DNA from: an uncultured Erysipelotrichaceae bacterium
GTDB taxonomy: Bacteria; Bacillota_I; Bacilli_A; RF39; UBA660
Assembly: GCA_902783315.1 (NCBI GenBank)
Contig: CACZQK010000073.1
Span: 2,498 to 66,497, forward strand
Reading direction: 5' to 3'
Length of the DNA: 64,000 nt
Made by a program: the position numbers and the translations under genes. The stretch's first letter is position 1. Every line of letters starts with the position of its first letter. This document shows, piece after piece, positions 9,861 through 20,056 of the stretch. The notes under the pieces are model-generated. The model was not told the DNA's origin. It saw only the letters and a list, made by a program, of their open reading frames with translations, and made no database searches.

Positions 9861-10550
9861 ATGGTAAGAATTTGTGAGTTGTTATTTCAACTAGAAGATA
9901 AAAACTATCGGGATTTTCAAATGAAATTAATTCCCAATAGTAGTATAAATAATATGATTGGAGTACGGACGCCAGAACTAAGAAATCTAGCAAAAGTGAT
10001 GGTAAAGGAAGTTGAATATCAATCTTTTTTAGAAGAACTGCCACATCAATATTTTGAAGAGTATCAATTACATGCCTTTATTATTTCAGAAATTAAAGAT
10101 TATGATAGATGTATTTCATATGTTAACTGTTTTTTGCCATATGTTAATAATTGGGCAACGTGTGATCAAATGAATCCTAAAGTTTTTAAAAAAAATAAAG
10201 AAAAGTTATTGTATGAAATAAAAAAATGGATAAAGGCTAAGCAAACTTATACTGTAAGATTTGGTATAGAAATGTTAATGAAACATTATTTGGATGATGA
10301 ATTTAGATTGGAATATTTAGAAATGATATCAAAAATTCGTTCTAATGAGTACTATGTTAATATGATGGTTGCTTGGTTTTTTGCAACGGCTTTAGCAAAA
10401 CACTATCAAGAAACTGTTTTGTATTTTGAAAAACCAACCTTAGATGTGTGGACACATAATAAAGCAATTCAAAAAGGAATCGAGAGTAATCGATTATCAA
10501 AGGCTCAAAAAGAATATTTAAGAGGGCTAAAAATAAGTAGTAGAGTATAA
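9861..10550 (+). CDS. DNA alkylation repair enzyme (AlkC/AlkD-like HEAT-repeat glycosylase family)
   Basis: RBS AAGGGAGA before ATG 9861; sequence pattern resembles the DNA_alkylation family (…VRTPELRNLAK…, WATCDQ, helical repeats). Confidence 0.55.
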   Translation: MVRICELLFQLEDKNYRDFQMKLIPNSSINNMIGVRTPELRNLAKVMVKEVEYQSFLEELPHQYFEEYQLHAFIISEIKDYDRCISYVNCFLPYVNNWATCDQMNPKVFKKNKEKLLYEIKKWIKAKQTYTVRFGIEMLMKHYLDDEFRLEYLEMISKIRSNEYYVNMMVAWFFATALAKHYQETVLYFEKPTLDVWTHNKAIQKGIESNRLSKAQKEYLRGLKISSRV

Positions 10551-10693
10551 AAAGATAGTTGAAGTAACTTTTTTATAGTATAGAAAATCGTATTTTATAG
10601 CTAATACTAAAATGTTAGCTATTTTTTAATTTTTATTTACTTACTACTTATATGAGTATAAAATAGTATGTGTATAGAGTAAGGAGAGTGAAT

Positions 10694-12151
10694 ATGAAAA
10701 AAGGTTTTGATAATGCAAAATATGTAAAAATACAAAGTGAGAAAATAAAAGAAAGATTTAAATTGTTTGACAAATTGTATTTAGAAGTTGGGGGTAAGTT
10801 ATTTGACGATTCCCATGCTGCTAGAATATTACCGGGATTTAAAAATGATGTAAAAATCAGTATGTTTCAAGAACTTAAAAATGATTTGGAAATTATTTTT
10901 TGTATTAATGCTGGTGATATAGAAAGAAATAAGACCAGAGGGGAGTATGGGATTACTTACGATCAAGAAACATTATCTTTAATTGATAAATCTAAAAAGC
11001 TTGGATTTATCGTTAATAGTGTTGTAATTACTTTATATAAAAATCAAGTTAGTGTTGATAAGTTTATTAATAAGTTGAATAGAAATGGTATTAAAACTTA
11101 TATTCATACTGCAACAAAAGGGTATCCTACTGATGTGGAAACTATTGTGAGTGATGAAGGTTATGGGGCTAATCCTTATATTGAAACTACAAAACCTTTG
11201 ATATTAGTTAATGCCCCTGGACCTGGTTCTGGAAAACTTGCTACTTGTCTTTCACAAATTTATCATGAAAATAAAAGGGGAGTAAATGCTGGATATGCGA
11301 AGTTTGAGACTTTTCCAGTTTGGAACTTGCCTTTAAGGCATCCTGTTAACTTAGCCTATGAGGCGGCAACCGCTGATTTGAAAGATGTTAATATGATTGA
11401 CTCTTTTCATTTGGAAAAATATGGTGTTCAGGCTGTAAACTATAATCGTGATATTGAAACATTTCCTATTTTAAAGAGTATTTTAAATAAAGTTTCTAAT
11501 GAAGCTGTTTATTATTCTCCAACCGATATGGGTGTTAATATGGTTGGATTTTGTATAACAGATGATGAGGTAGTAGAAGATGCTTGCAAAAAAGAAATTG
11601 TTAGAAGATATTATAATGAGTTAAATAATTATAGAATGGGTTTATGTGATGAGGATACTTATAAAAAAGTTAAATTATTGATGAATGAATTAAATATTGA
11701 TGAATATTATTTAGATATTATTAAACCAGCTCTTGAGAAAAAGAAATTAGAGGGGGACTTACCAGTAATAGCTATGAAAATTAATCGAAAGATTATTACA
11801 GGTAAGCAAACGGATTTACTTACTCCAGCTGGTGCAGTTGTTTTAAATGCCATCAAATATTTGAGTAAAATTCCTGATGATATATATTTACTTAGTCCTA
11901 ATATTTTAGAACCTATTTTAAAATTGAAAAAAAATATGGGTACTGGAGATAGACTTAATTTAAACGAAGTTTTGGTAGCACTTAGTATTTGCTCTGTTAC
12001 AAATCCTGCAGCCAATGAAGCTTTTGTTAGTCTTCGTAAATTAAGAGGAAGTGAAGCGCATGCTACTTATATTGTTACGGGTAGTGATAAGGATGCATTA
12101 AAAGATTTGAAAATTAATCTTACTTGTGAAAGTGAATTTATTGATGAATAA
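10694..12151 (+). CDS. DUF1846 / UPF0371 family protein
   Basis: RBS AAGGAGAG; N-terminus MKKGFDNAKYVKIQSEKIKER…GGKLFDDSHAARILPGF matches my recollection of UPF0371 proteins of Firmicutes. Confidence 0.6.
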   Translation: MKKGFDNAKYVKIQSEKIKERFKLFDKLYLEVGGKLFDDSHAARILPGFKNDVKISMFQELKNDLEIIFCINAGDIERNKTRGEYGITYDQETLSLIDKSKKLGFIVNSVVITLYKNQVSVDKFINKLNRNGIKTYIHTATKGYPTDVETIVSDEGYGANPYIETTKPLILVNAPGPGSGKLATCLSQIYHENKRGVNAGYAKFETFPVWNLPLRHPVNLAYEAATADLKDVNMIDSFHLEKYGVQAVNYNRDIETFPILKSILNKVSNEAVYYSPTDMGVNMVGFCITDDEVVEDACKKEIVRRYYNELNNYRMGLCDEDTYKKVKLLMNELNIDEYYLDIIKPALEKKKLEGDLPVIAMKINRKIITGKQTDLLTPAGAVVLNAIKYLSKIPDDIYLLSPNILEPILKLKKNMGTGDRLNLNEVLVALSICSVTNPAANEAFVSLRKLRGSEAHATYIVTGSDKDALKDLKINLTCESEFIDE

Positions 12152-12172
12152 AAATTATTCTTATTTTAGGAG

Positions 12173-12484
12173 GTGAAATTTATAAAAATAATAACGATTT
12201 GCGGTAGTTTGAAATTTCAAAAAGAAATGATGGAGGAAGCTCAAAGATTAGCTTTTGAAGGTAATTGTGTTCTTACACCAATTTATCCAGTACCAATAAA
12301 CTTTGAAGTAACCAGTGAGATACTATCTTTACTAAAAGTAGCTCGTAAAGAGAGAATAAGAATGTCTGATGCCATATTTGTTATTAATAAAGATGGTTAT
12401 ATTGGTGATAGTACTATATTAGAAATAGAATATGCAAAATCTTTACATAAAGAGATTGATTATTATGTAGATGTATTGAATTAA
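12173..12484 (+). CDS. Small nucleoside 2-deoxyribosyltransferase-like (DUF4406-like) protein; start codon uncertain
   Basis: Motifs ICGS…, DAIFVINKDGYIGDSTILEIEYA (conserved Glu in the E(I/L)GYA context); RBS TAGGAGG overlaps the annotated GTG and there is no canonical start 6-9 nt downstream. Confidence 0.4.
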   Translation: MKFIKIITICGSLKFQKEMMEEAQRLAFEGNCVLTPIYPVPINFEVTSEILSLLKVARKERIRMSDAIFVINKDGYIGDSTILEIEYAKSLHKEIDYYVDVLN

Positions 12485-12789
12485 TAAGATAAACAGAAGG
12501 CTGGCGTTTACAACAAATGTTGAATTTGGATATTGGCTTCGTATAGGGAAAGTATTATACGGAAGATTAGATGATGCTAAAAAGATTCAATATCTTGACT
12601 GGTTAGATGAATTTGATTTAAAAAAGAGCCTTGTACCACTATTGAAGATTTGTTAAAATATTCTATGGAGTAGCCAATACAATTGGTGCCAATAGAAAGA
12701 ATAAACTATTACCTATAGAGGAAATAAAAATTACAAAGGAAGATACTTTATAAAATTGTTCTCTTTTGTATTTATTTAGAAAGGTTGTT

Positions 12790-13839
12790 ATGAAAGAGAA
12801 GTACAAAGTTATCATAATCGGTGCAGGGCCTGCTGGATTATCTACAGCAATCAATTTATATAATAATGGTATCAAAGACATATTAGTAATAGAAAAATAT
12901 AAGTTTCCTAGATATAAATGCTGTGCTGGATACATTACAAACAAAACAAAAGAATTTTATGAGAAATTAGGACTAAATATTATTAAATGCCATTATAGCT
13001 TAATTGAGGATTTTCAAATATATTATAAATTAAAAGCTAAGCAGAAGATAAAAAATAAGTTTTTATATACGAATCAGAAAATTGATAGAGTAGAATTAGA
13101 TAATGAATTTTATAAATTAGCTTGTAGAAAAGGAATTAATGTATTAGAAGAGACTTCTATTATACGTAATGATTTACATGAAAATGGGATTACCATTTCA
13201 AAAGGTAAGAAATTATATTATGAATATTTGGTATTTGCTGATGGTACATATGGTTATAGTAGTATTTATCAAAAAAAGAAAAGGAACAATATTGCTCTTC
13301 AAAAAGTGTTTAAGAGTAATAGAGATGATGGCATTGAAATTCATTTTGGGATAACAAGGAAGGGCTATGCTTGGGTTAGTACATATAATGGAATAACTAA
13401 TGTAGGACTAACAGATTTGTATGACAAAAATATAAATTATCAGAAAGCTTTCTCTAAATTTTTAAAAAAATTAAATTTAGAAGATGATACTAAAGGGTTA
13501 AAAGGATCTTTTACACCATATGGAATAGGAACGCCTTTGATTAATGAAAATGTATATTTTGTTGGTGATGCTGTTGGGGCTTGCGATCCACTAACACTGT
13601 CTGGTCTACGTTATGGTTTGAAATCAGGAGAAGTATGTGCTAAAGCTATTGCCTTAAATGATAGTAAAATATATAAAAGACATATAGCTGTTTTAAAGAT
13701 AAAATTTAATTTTATGAAGATATTGATGAAAATATTTTATTTGAAGGGAACCTTGTTTTTAATATTTAATATTGGATGTATTTGCTTTAGTAGTCTTATT
13801 TCATTTGTATTTAATCATTTTTTTGTTAACAAAAAATAA
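12790..13839 (+). CDS. FAD-dependent oxidoreductase (geranylgeranyl reductase-like flavoprotein)
   Basis: Dinucleotide-binding motif VIIIGAGPAGLSTA; GDAVGACDPLT near the C-terminus; ATG 12790 after GAAAGG. Confidence 0.7.
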   Translation: MKEKYKVIIIGAGPAGLSTAINLYNNGIKDILVIEKYKFPRYKCCAGYITNKTKEFYEKLGLNIIKCHYSLIEDFQIYYKLKAKQKIKNKFLYTNQKIDRVELDNEFYKLACRKGINVLEETSIIRNDLHENGITISKGKKLYYEYLVFADGTYGYSSIYQKKKRNNIALQKVFKSNRDDGIEIHFGITRKGYAWVSTYNGITNVGLTDLYDKNINYQKAFSKFLKKLNLEDDTKGLKGSFTPYGIGTPLINENVYFVGDAVGACDPLTLSGLRYGLKSGEVCAKAIALNDSKIYKRHIAVLKIKFNFMKILMKIFYLKGTLFLIFNIGCICFSSLISFVFNHFFVNKK

Positions 13840-13853
13840 TTGGAGGCTTTTTC

Positions 13854-14279
13854 GTGAAAATATGTTTTGTTTGTTATGGTAATATTTGTAGAAGCCCTAT
13901 GGCCGAGTATATTTTAAAGCAAAGATTACGGAAACTAGGAAGAGAAAAAGATTTTATAGTTGAGTCTAGAGCTATAAGTAATGAAGAAATTGGTAAGGAT
14001 ATATATCCTCCTATAAAAGATGTTATGGATAAATATAATGTTTTATATAGTAAGCATTATGCTTATCCATTAAAACGTACGGACTATGAAATTTTTGATA
14101 GATTTATCTGTATGGACGATGGTAATATAAGAGAAATAGGCTATATTTTTGATAAGATGGATAAAGTATCAAAATTATTAGATAATGATATATTAGATCC
14201 TTGGTATACTAGAGATTTTGATAAGGCTTATTGTGATATTTCTAGGGGAATTGATATATTGCTGGAAGATATAATTTAA
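13854..14279 (+). CDS. Low-molecular-weight protein tyrosine phosphatase
   Basis: P-loop CYGNICRSPMAE (C-x5-R-S) at the N-terminus plus a downstream DP motif (LDNDILDPWY); 141 aa. Confidence 0.85.
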   Translation: MKICFVCYGNICRSPMAEYILKQRLRKLGREKDFIVESRAISNEEIGKDIYPPIKDVMDKYNVLYSKHYAYPLKRTDYEIFDRFICMDDGNIREIGYIFDKMDKVSKLLDNDILDPWYTRDFDKAYCDISRGIDILLEDII

Positions 14280-14647
14280 TTTGATTGATTTTTGGATTTT
14301 ATTGGAAATAGTTGGGTGGTTGTTGCTTTATATTGTAATAATTTATAACTTAAGGAAAGACAATTACATGACTAAAGTAACCACTAATTTACTAAAAAAA
14401 ATAAGATTAAAATAGTTTTAAAATGTTTAAAAGAAAAATAGTTATATAAAAACAGAAGGAATAAGGTATATTAGGATAGACTTTTTTAGTAGGATTTTTT
14501 TGGTAGCAGTACTTTTCATTTGAAAGCTAATGGTAATTAGTGTTTTAATATATAGACTTAGTTAAATAAGAAATGCATCATATATTTTTAATTTACAAAG
14601 ATTTTTTTATAAATTTGGTACAATGTTGATGTGATAGGAGACTGTTT

Positions 14648-15658
14648 ATGAAATCATATTTAGATATATTTATTGATGAAGAATATCCAAATTTTTTGGA
14701 CAAATATTTAAAAACAAAGACGATGAAAAGAATAATGGGGGTTTCTCAGTTTTGTGGTTGTGATTATACAAAATTATATAATCCGTTATTTTTCTTGACT
14801 AGATTTGATCATAGTTTGGTTGTTGCTCATATGGTGTGGCACTTTACTCATGATAAGAAAGCAACTATTGCGGCTTTGCTTCATGATGTTGGAACTCCTT
14901 GTTTTGCTCATACAATAGACATTTTGATGGATGATGCAATTAGTCAAGAATCATCTGAAAAGGATATATTAGAAATAATTAAAAAAGATGCTGAACTTAT
15001 GGAATATCTTATGAATGATAAAATTTTGTTGGCTGACTTAGCTAATTTAGATAAATATTCTATTTTGGAAAACAAATCACCAAAGTTGTGTGCAGATCGT
15101 TTAGATGGAGTTTTGCATACTTGTTATGTTTGGCTTCATACTCATACTTTGGAAGAAATTCAGGATGTTTATTCTGATTTAATTGTTTTAAAGAATGAAG
15201 AAGGAAATTTGGAAATTGGTTTTTCTCATAAAAAAGTAGCCTTAAAATTTGTAAAAATGGTATATGTGTATGCTAAAGAATTACAAGGAAATAGAGATAA
15301 GTATGTTATGAAGTATATTTCAGAAACTATAAAAAAAGCTATTCAAAGTAAGTTTTTAAAAATTGATGATTTATATGTAAGAAAAGAAAAAGATATTATT
15401 AAAGTATTATCAGAATCTTTTTGTTCTTGGAATGATTTTTCTAGTGCTACGGATATTGTTGGTACTAATCAAAAACCTACTAATTTTTCTGTATCTTTTG
15501 AGATTAAAAAGAGAAATGTTATTCCATTAATAAAAGAAAAAAATGATATCAAAAGAATTGATGATGTTTCTAAAAGTGCTTCTATAATTTATAAAAGGTT
15601 GCAAGATTATCATGACTTTAAATATGGCTATATTACAAAGATTAAAAATATTGTTTAG
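14648..15658 (+). CDS. HD-domain phosphohydrolase
   Basis: H…HD motif (HSLVVAHMV…ALLHDVGTPCFAH); RBS AGGAGA. Confidence 0.6.
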   Translation: MKSYLDIFIDEEYPNFLDKYLKTKTMKRIMGVSQFCGCDYTKLYNPLFFLTRFDHSLVVAHMVWHFTHDKKATIAALLHDVGTPCFAHTIDILMDDAISQESSEKDILEIIKKDAELMEYLMNDKILLADLANLDKYSILENKSPKLCADRLDGVLHTCYVWLHTHTLEEIQDVYSDLIVLKNEEGNLEIGFSHKKVALKFVKMVYVYAKELQGNRDKYVMKYISETIKKAIQSKFLKIDDLYVRKEKDIIKVLSESFCSWNDFSSATDIVGTNQKPTNFSVSFEIKKRNVIPLIKEKNDIKRIDDVSKSASIIYKRLQDYHDFKYGYITKIKNIV

Positions 15659-15722
15659 ATTTTTAGAATGTGGTGTTTTGAAAAACGATAATGCTAAATC
15701 TGTATGAAAAAGGAGGGTAATT

Positions 15723-17933
15723 GTGAAAAATGGCATAACATATTATTTTAAATTGGATATTATTAGAGTTTTATCTTGCTTAATTGTAATTTTGTATCAT
15801 TTAAATATTGCTCCAGCAGGCTTTTTAATTGTATGTACTTTCTTTGTTTTAAGTGGGTATTTAGAAGGTCTTTCTGCTTTTAAAAATAATGATTTCTCTA
15901 TCAAAAAATATTATCAGAAACGCTTTGTTAGGCTTTATTTACCTCTTTTGTTTGTGGTTTTTCTTACTTTAATTGTGGCATTTTTTACAGATAATATTTG
16001 GATTGATTTTAAACAAGAAATGATATCTAGTCTTCTAGGATACAATAACTTTTGGCAATTACAAGCTAAAAATAATTATTTTGCAAAACATATTCATTCT
16101 CCGATTGTTCATTTATGGTATATATCTATTTTAATGCAATATGATTTGGTTTTTCCCATTGTTCTTAAATTAGTGAAAAAATTAAGTGAAATAATTCATA
16201 AAAATGTTTCTGTTTTGATTTTTGCAATTTTAAGTATTATTACTACGATATTATTTTATTTTGTTGGGAAAAACGTGGATACTATGACAATGTATTATAG
16301 TTCTTCTCTAAGAAGTTTTTCTTTTGTGTTAGGCGTTTTATTAGCTGTTTATCAGTATCATTCGAGATATAGATTGTCCAGTTTCTTTCATAAATTTGTT
16401 GATGGGGTATTTATAATTTATTTAACTGTTCTTGCATCTATATGTTTCTTTGTTCTTAAGGATCCAACGTATTATGTATTAAATATGATAATTGTTACTC
16501 TTTTAAGTTGTCGGTTAATTGAATATGCAACTTTAAAAGAAAATAAAAGAAATATAATGACTAATATTATTTCTTATTTGTCTAACATTTCATATGAAAT
16601 ATATTTAGTCCATTTTCCTATTATTTTCTTTATGCAAAAGATAAAAGTAAATACTTTTTTTAGAAGTTTATTGATATTTACTTTTAGTATTATAATTTCT
16701 TCTTTTCTTCATTATCTTTTAACCTTCAGAAAGGAAGAAAAAAATAGAAGTATTATTAAGAAGATTTTTATAGGGGTTATTGTTTTTTTAGGAGGAGCTT
16801 TATTTATCATACAAAATGATCCTAAAAAGGATTTGGTGGAATTAGAAAAGTCTTTGATAGATAAAACTAAAATGATGGAACAAAAGAACCAAGAGTATAT
16901 GGATAATACCTTAAAGGAAAATGAAGAATTTGAAAAAATGTTAGAAAATATGGCTCTTGAAGAACAAGATGCTGTTCTTAAGCAATTAGTTGAAATACCA
17001 ATTGTAGGAATTGGTGATTCTGTTTTTTTAGATGCTATTGATAAATTGTATAGAAAATTTCCAAATGGTTACTTTGATGGAAAAGTTTCCCGTTCTTTGA
17101 TTGCTGGTCTTGATATTTTAGCTGATTTAAAAGCAAATAACAGATTACCTAATCATGTGATTTTAGCGTTGTCTACTAATGGCTATTATTCGGAAAGACA
17201 AAATAAAAAGTTAATGGAGATTGTTGAAAATAGGGATATTTATTGGGTTAATTCTGTGGGAGCAGATGATCCAAAATTTAATGATAGATTTGAGGAATTT
17301 GCCAAAAATTATCCTAATATACATATAGTCGATTGGGAAGGAGCTGCTATGGGTCATTCAGAATATTTTTATGCAGATGGAATTCATCCAAAAGGGCTTG
17401 GAATTGATGTATATGTAAACACAATTTATGATACAATTTATAATAATAGTATGAAAAAATATAAAGATAAAAAGAATGAATTGTTGCTGCAAAAAGAGGC
17501 AGATGAAAAGAAGAAAATAACTTTTTATGGAAACGATATTTTAGTAAATTCTTATGATTTATTATATAATAAGTTTGACAAGTCGGCGTTTGTTGCTAAT
17601 ACCAATAATGATTTTGAAAAGGTTTACTATGATGTATCTGAAAAAGTGAATCGAAAAGTTCTAGAATATAAAATTGTTTTTCTGTTTGATAAAGAAATCT
17701 CTATTTCAAAAAAAGAATATCAAAAATTGATTGATTTGTGTGCTGGACATGAAATATATATTTGTAATTTCACTTTAAAAGATCTTTCTTTTTCCTCTGA
17801 TAATGTGCAGGTTATTGACTTTTATGATGAATTAAAGAAACATGATGAGTATTTGTTGCCGGATAAAGTTCATTTGTCTAAAAAAGGAATTGATGCTTTA
17901 GTGGAAAAGTTATTTGTTGAATTAAATAAATAG
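15723..17933 (+). CDS. OatA-like O-acyltransferase (acyltransferase_3 membrane domain plus SGNH hydrolase domain) with an extra ~200-aa C-terminal extension
   Basis: N-terminal multi-TM acyltransferase-3 region; SGNH GDS motif (IVGIGDSVFLDA); GTG start after AAAGGAGGG. Confidence 0.75.
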   Translation: MKNGITYYFKLDIIRVLSCLIVILYHLNIAPAGFLIVCTFFVLSGYLEGLSAFKNNDFSIKKYYQKRFVRLYLPLLFVVFLTLIVAFFTDNIWIDFKQEMISSLLGYNNFWQLQAKNNYFAKHIHSPIVHLWYISILMQYDLVFPIVLKLVKKLSEIIHKNVSVLIFAILSIITTILFYFVGKNVDTMTMYYSSSLRSFSFVLGVLLAVYQYHSRYRLSSFFHKFVDGVFIIYLTVLASICFFVLKDPTYYVLNMIIVTLLSCRLIEYATLKENKRNIMTNIISYLSNISYEIYLVHFPIIFFMQKIKVNTFFRSLLIFTFSIIISSFLHYLLTFRKEEKNRSIIKKIFIGVIVFLGGALFIIQNDPKKDLVELEKSLIDKTKMMEQKNQEYMDNTLKENEEFEKMLENMALEEQDAVLKQLVEIPIVGIGDSVFLDAIDKLYRKFPNGYFDGKVSRSLIAGLDILADLKANNRLPNHVILALSTNGYYSERQNKKLMEIVENRDIYWVNSVGADDPKFNDRFEEFAKNYPNIHIVDWEGAAMGHSEYFYADGIHPKGLGIDVYVNTIYDTIYNNSMKKYKDKKNELLLQKEADEKKKITFYGNDILVNSYDLLYNKFDKSAFVANTNNDFEKVYYDVSEKVNRKVLEYKIVFLFDKEISISKKEYQKLIDLCAGHEIYICNFTLKDLSFSSDNVQVIDFYDELKKHDEYLLPDKVHLSKKGIDALVEKLFVELNK

Positions 17934-17978
17934 AAAAATGTTAAATTGGTGCTATAATGGACAATGTGAGGTGTTAAA

Positions 17979-18365
17979 ATGGTAGAAAAGTTATTAAATC
18001 TGCAAAAAAATGCTTATTGTGAATACTCAAAATTTCCTGTTTCGGCTATTGTTGTTACTAAAGATGGCAGTGAATTTGCTGGAGTAAATGTTGAAGATGC
18101 TTCTTATAGAGCTGGAGCTTGTGCTGAACGTGTTGCCTTATTTTCAATGCTTGCTGCAGGATATAAAAAGGGGGATGTTTCTGAAATTAATGTTATGATT
18201 TCTAATGGTAGAGTTGGTACCCCTTGTTTTGTGTGCCGACAAATGATTCTTGAATTATGTGATCATGATACGCGTATTCACTGCTATTCTACAAGTGGTG
18301 AAAGAAAAACATTTACTATTGATGAATTGTGTCCATTTCCTTTTTCTGAAGATGATTTGAATTAA
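17979..18365 (+). CDS. cdd: Cytidine deaminase
   Basis: Zinc-binding motifs CAERVAL and PCFVCRQ; 128 aa; RBS GTGAGGTG. Confidence 0.9.
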   Translation: MVEKLLNLQKNAYCEYSKFPVSAIVVTKDGSEFAGVNVEDASYRAGACAERVALFSMLAAGYKKGDVSEINVMISNGRVGTPCFVCRQMILELCDHDTRIHCYSTSGERKTFTIDELCPFPFSEDDLN

Positions 18366-18666
18366 TATGTGTTATAAAATGCAAAGAAAATTATGATTGA
18401 TTTAGAGATAGTGGGTAAAGATATGAAAAATCCTTAAACAAAGAAGTCTTGTAACACAAATTATTATAAGTAACATAAGATTGATGTCTAATATCAGTAA
18501 GGTTATTAGGTTTATTAAATGATTCTAGTAAATATTTATCTTTTCTTAATTCTCTTCTTTTTTTTTGCGATTCATTATTATATACCCCTTTCCTATTATG
18601 TAATAATTATATCAAATTTTATTGCGAAGAAAATTTACTCTTTTTCACTGAAAATTGAAAAAAAAC

Positions 18667-18719
18667 TTGACAAACTTGTTTGTTATTAATATAATGTTAA
18701 TAACAAACAAAAAAGTTTG
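18667..18719 (+). promoter_or_regulatory. Perfect consensus sigma-A promoter (TTGACA-N17-TATAAT) embedded in a ~49-bp palindrome (CAAACTTGTTTGTTATTAA / TTAATAACAAACAAAAAAGTTTG); putative operator. A related half-site TGTTATTAACA lies at 18737
   Basis: -35 at 18667-18672, -10 at 18690-18695 with exact 17-nt spacer; inverted-repeat arms centred on the -10; same core as 1558-1608. Confidence 0.6.
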
Positions 18720-18774
18720 CTGTTATTTATATCCTCTGTTATTAACATATGGATATTAAGAAAGGGTGATTAGT

Positions 18775-19380
18775 ATGAATCTTGGTTATAAAATCATAGA
18801 TCAGTATAGTTATATTACAAAAGAAGGGAAAGCTAAAAATAATTATTATCTTAAGAGAAATTTTAGTAAAAAAGAGATAGAAAAAACAAAGTTATTGCAA
18901 AAAGGTTTTTTAGACTTTGAACAAAAAGTAAGGGGAAGTGATGAACTGTTATGTAATTGTATTCAAGGAATAAAATATTATAGTGATAAAGGGTATATTT
19001 GGTGGGTTAATGCGGATAGATCTTTGGTTGATATTTACTATTTTGGAAACGAATATGATGAAGCATTAGTAAATGGTCTTATAGAATATGAATTTCGTAT
19101 CAATTTGCATAGAGAATTAATGCGTCGAGAAAAGTTAAATCGACAATTTGCAAAAAGATTTCCAGAAATAGATGGAGATTATCATGGACCATTCTTTTTT
19201 GCAGAATTTGCATTACAAGACTTTCGAAAATATTATGGAAATAATATACCTTATTATCTTGTTCGATATTATGAAGATTATTTGGAGGCTGTCGAAGGAG
19301 AAAATTATCCTAATCGATATGATTTCTTCGAGAATAAATTGGTATTACAAAAAAAATTAACCAGACATTATAAATTGTAA
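18775..19380 (+). CDS. Hypothetical protein (no recognisable domain)
   Basis: RBS GGGTGA before ATG 18775 (track ORF from 18766); 201 aa, aromatic-rich; its 3' end abuts the IS remnant. Confidence 0.5.
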   Translation: MNLGYKIIDQYSYITKEGKAKNNYYLKRNFSKKEIEKTKLLQKGFLDFEQKVRGSDELLCNCIQGIKYYSDKGYIWWVNADRSLVDIYYFGNEYDEALVNGLIEYEFRINLHRELMRREKLNRQFAKRFPEIDGDYHGPFFFAEFALQDFRKYYGNNIPYYLVRYYEDYLEAVEGENYPNRYDFFENKLVLQKKLTRHYKL

Positions 19381-19980
19381 TCAATGGAAGGATAAAAAAT
19401 AGTTTTTTGTATAATTGTAAATGATGTGATACCAATAAATTAGGAAAAGTATTAATTAGAAGCAATGCGTTAACGTTCTTTTTAAGTTGTTCTCTCTTTT
19501 GAATAGGTGATAACCAATTAAGTACTTGCATTGGTATATTATTAGAACGTTTAAGATATTCTTTCATTTGAACTAGTAAATCATCATAAGAATAGAATCA
19601 GAGATATGAATAAAATTTTTGTTGATTCTTTCTTTTACGTCTTTCAACTTTTCCATTATGTTTTAGAGTTCATTGCTTTATTGATTTATGATGAATGTTA
19701 ATTTGTTACATAAAGAGTCCAGAAGATGGATTCTTTTAGTGTTAGAAATATGATATTTTCTATAAATCATCTTCAAAGGATATCCTTTCAATTATAATTG
19801 AACAGCATAAAATTTAGTATTTAAATCATGTGGATAATAACGCATATTTTGTGCTATATTATTCATAGCAAAAAGGCCTTTCGATAAATAGATTTTGTTT
19901 CAATTAATATTTTATCGGATTTTTTGCTTTTTTTGTACTTAATTGGTGTCACATCAATTATAACTCTACAACTATGTATT
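19381..19980 (-). mobile_element. Degenerate IS3-family transposase (OrfB/rve C-terminus) remnant, multiple stops
   Basis: Minus-strand translation FYSYDDLLVQMKEYLKRSNNIPMQVLNWLSPIQKREQ matches the conserved IS3 integrase C-terminus (…F.S.eL…eYI..fYNnRRHSALGYLSPVEFEkQ); upstream frames are broken by many stop codons. Confidence 0.5.
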
Positions 19981-20056
19981 GTACAAAATTATTTTTTTAT
20001 TGCTTTTTTATTGCTTTTTTGATAGAGTAATGTTCGGCGGAGGGAGGAGTATTACG

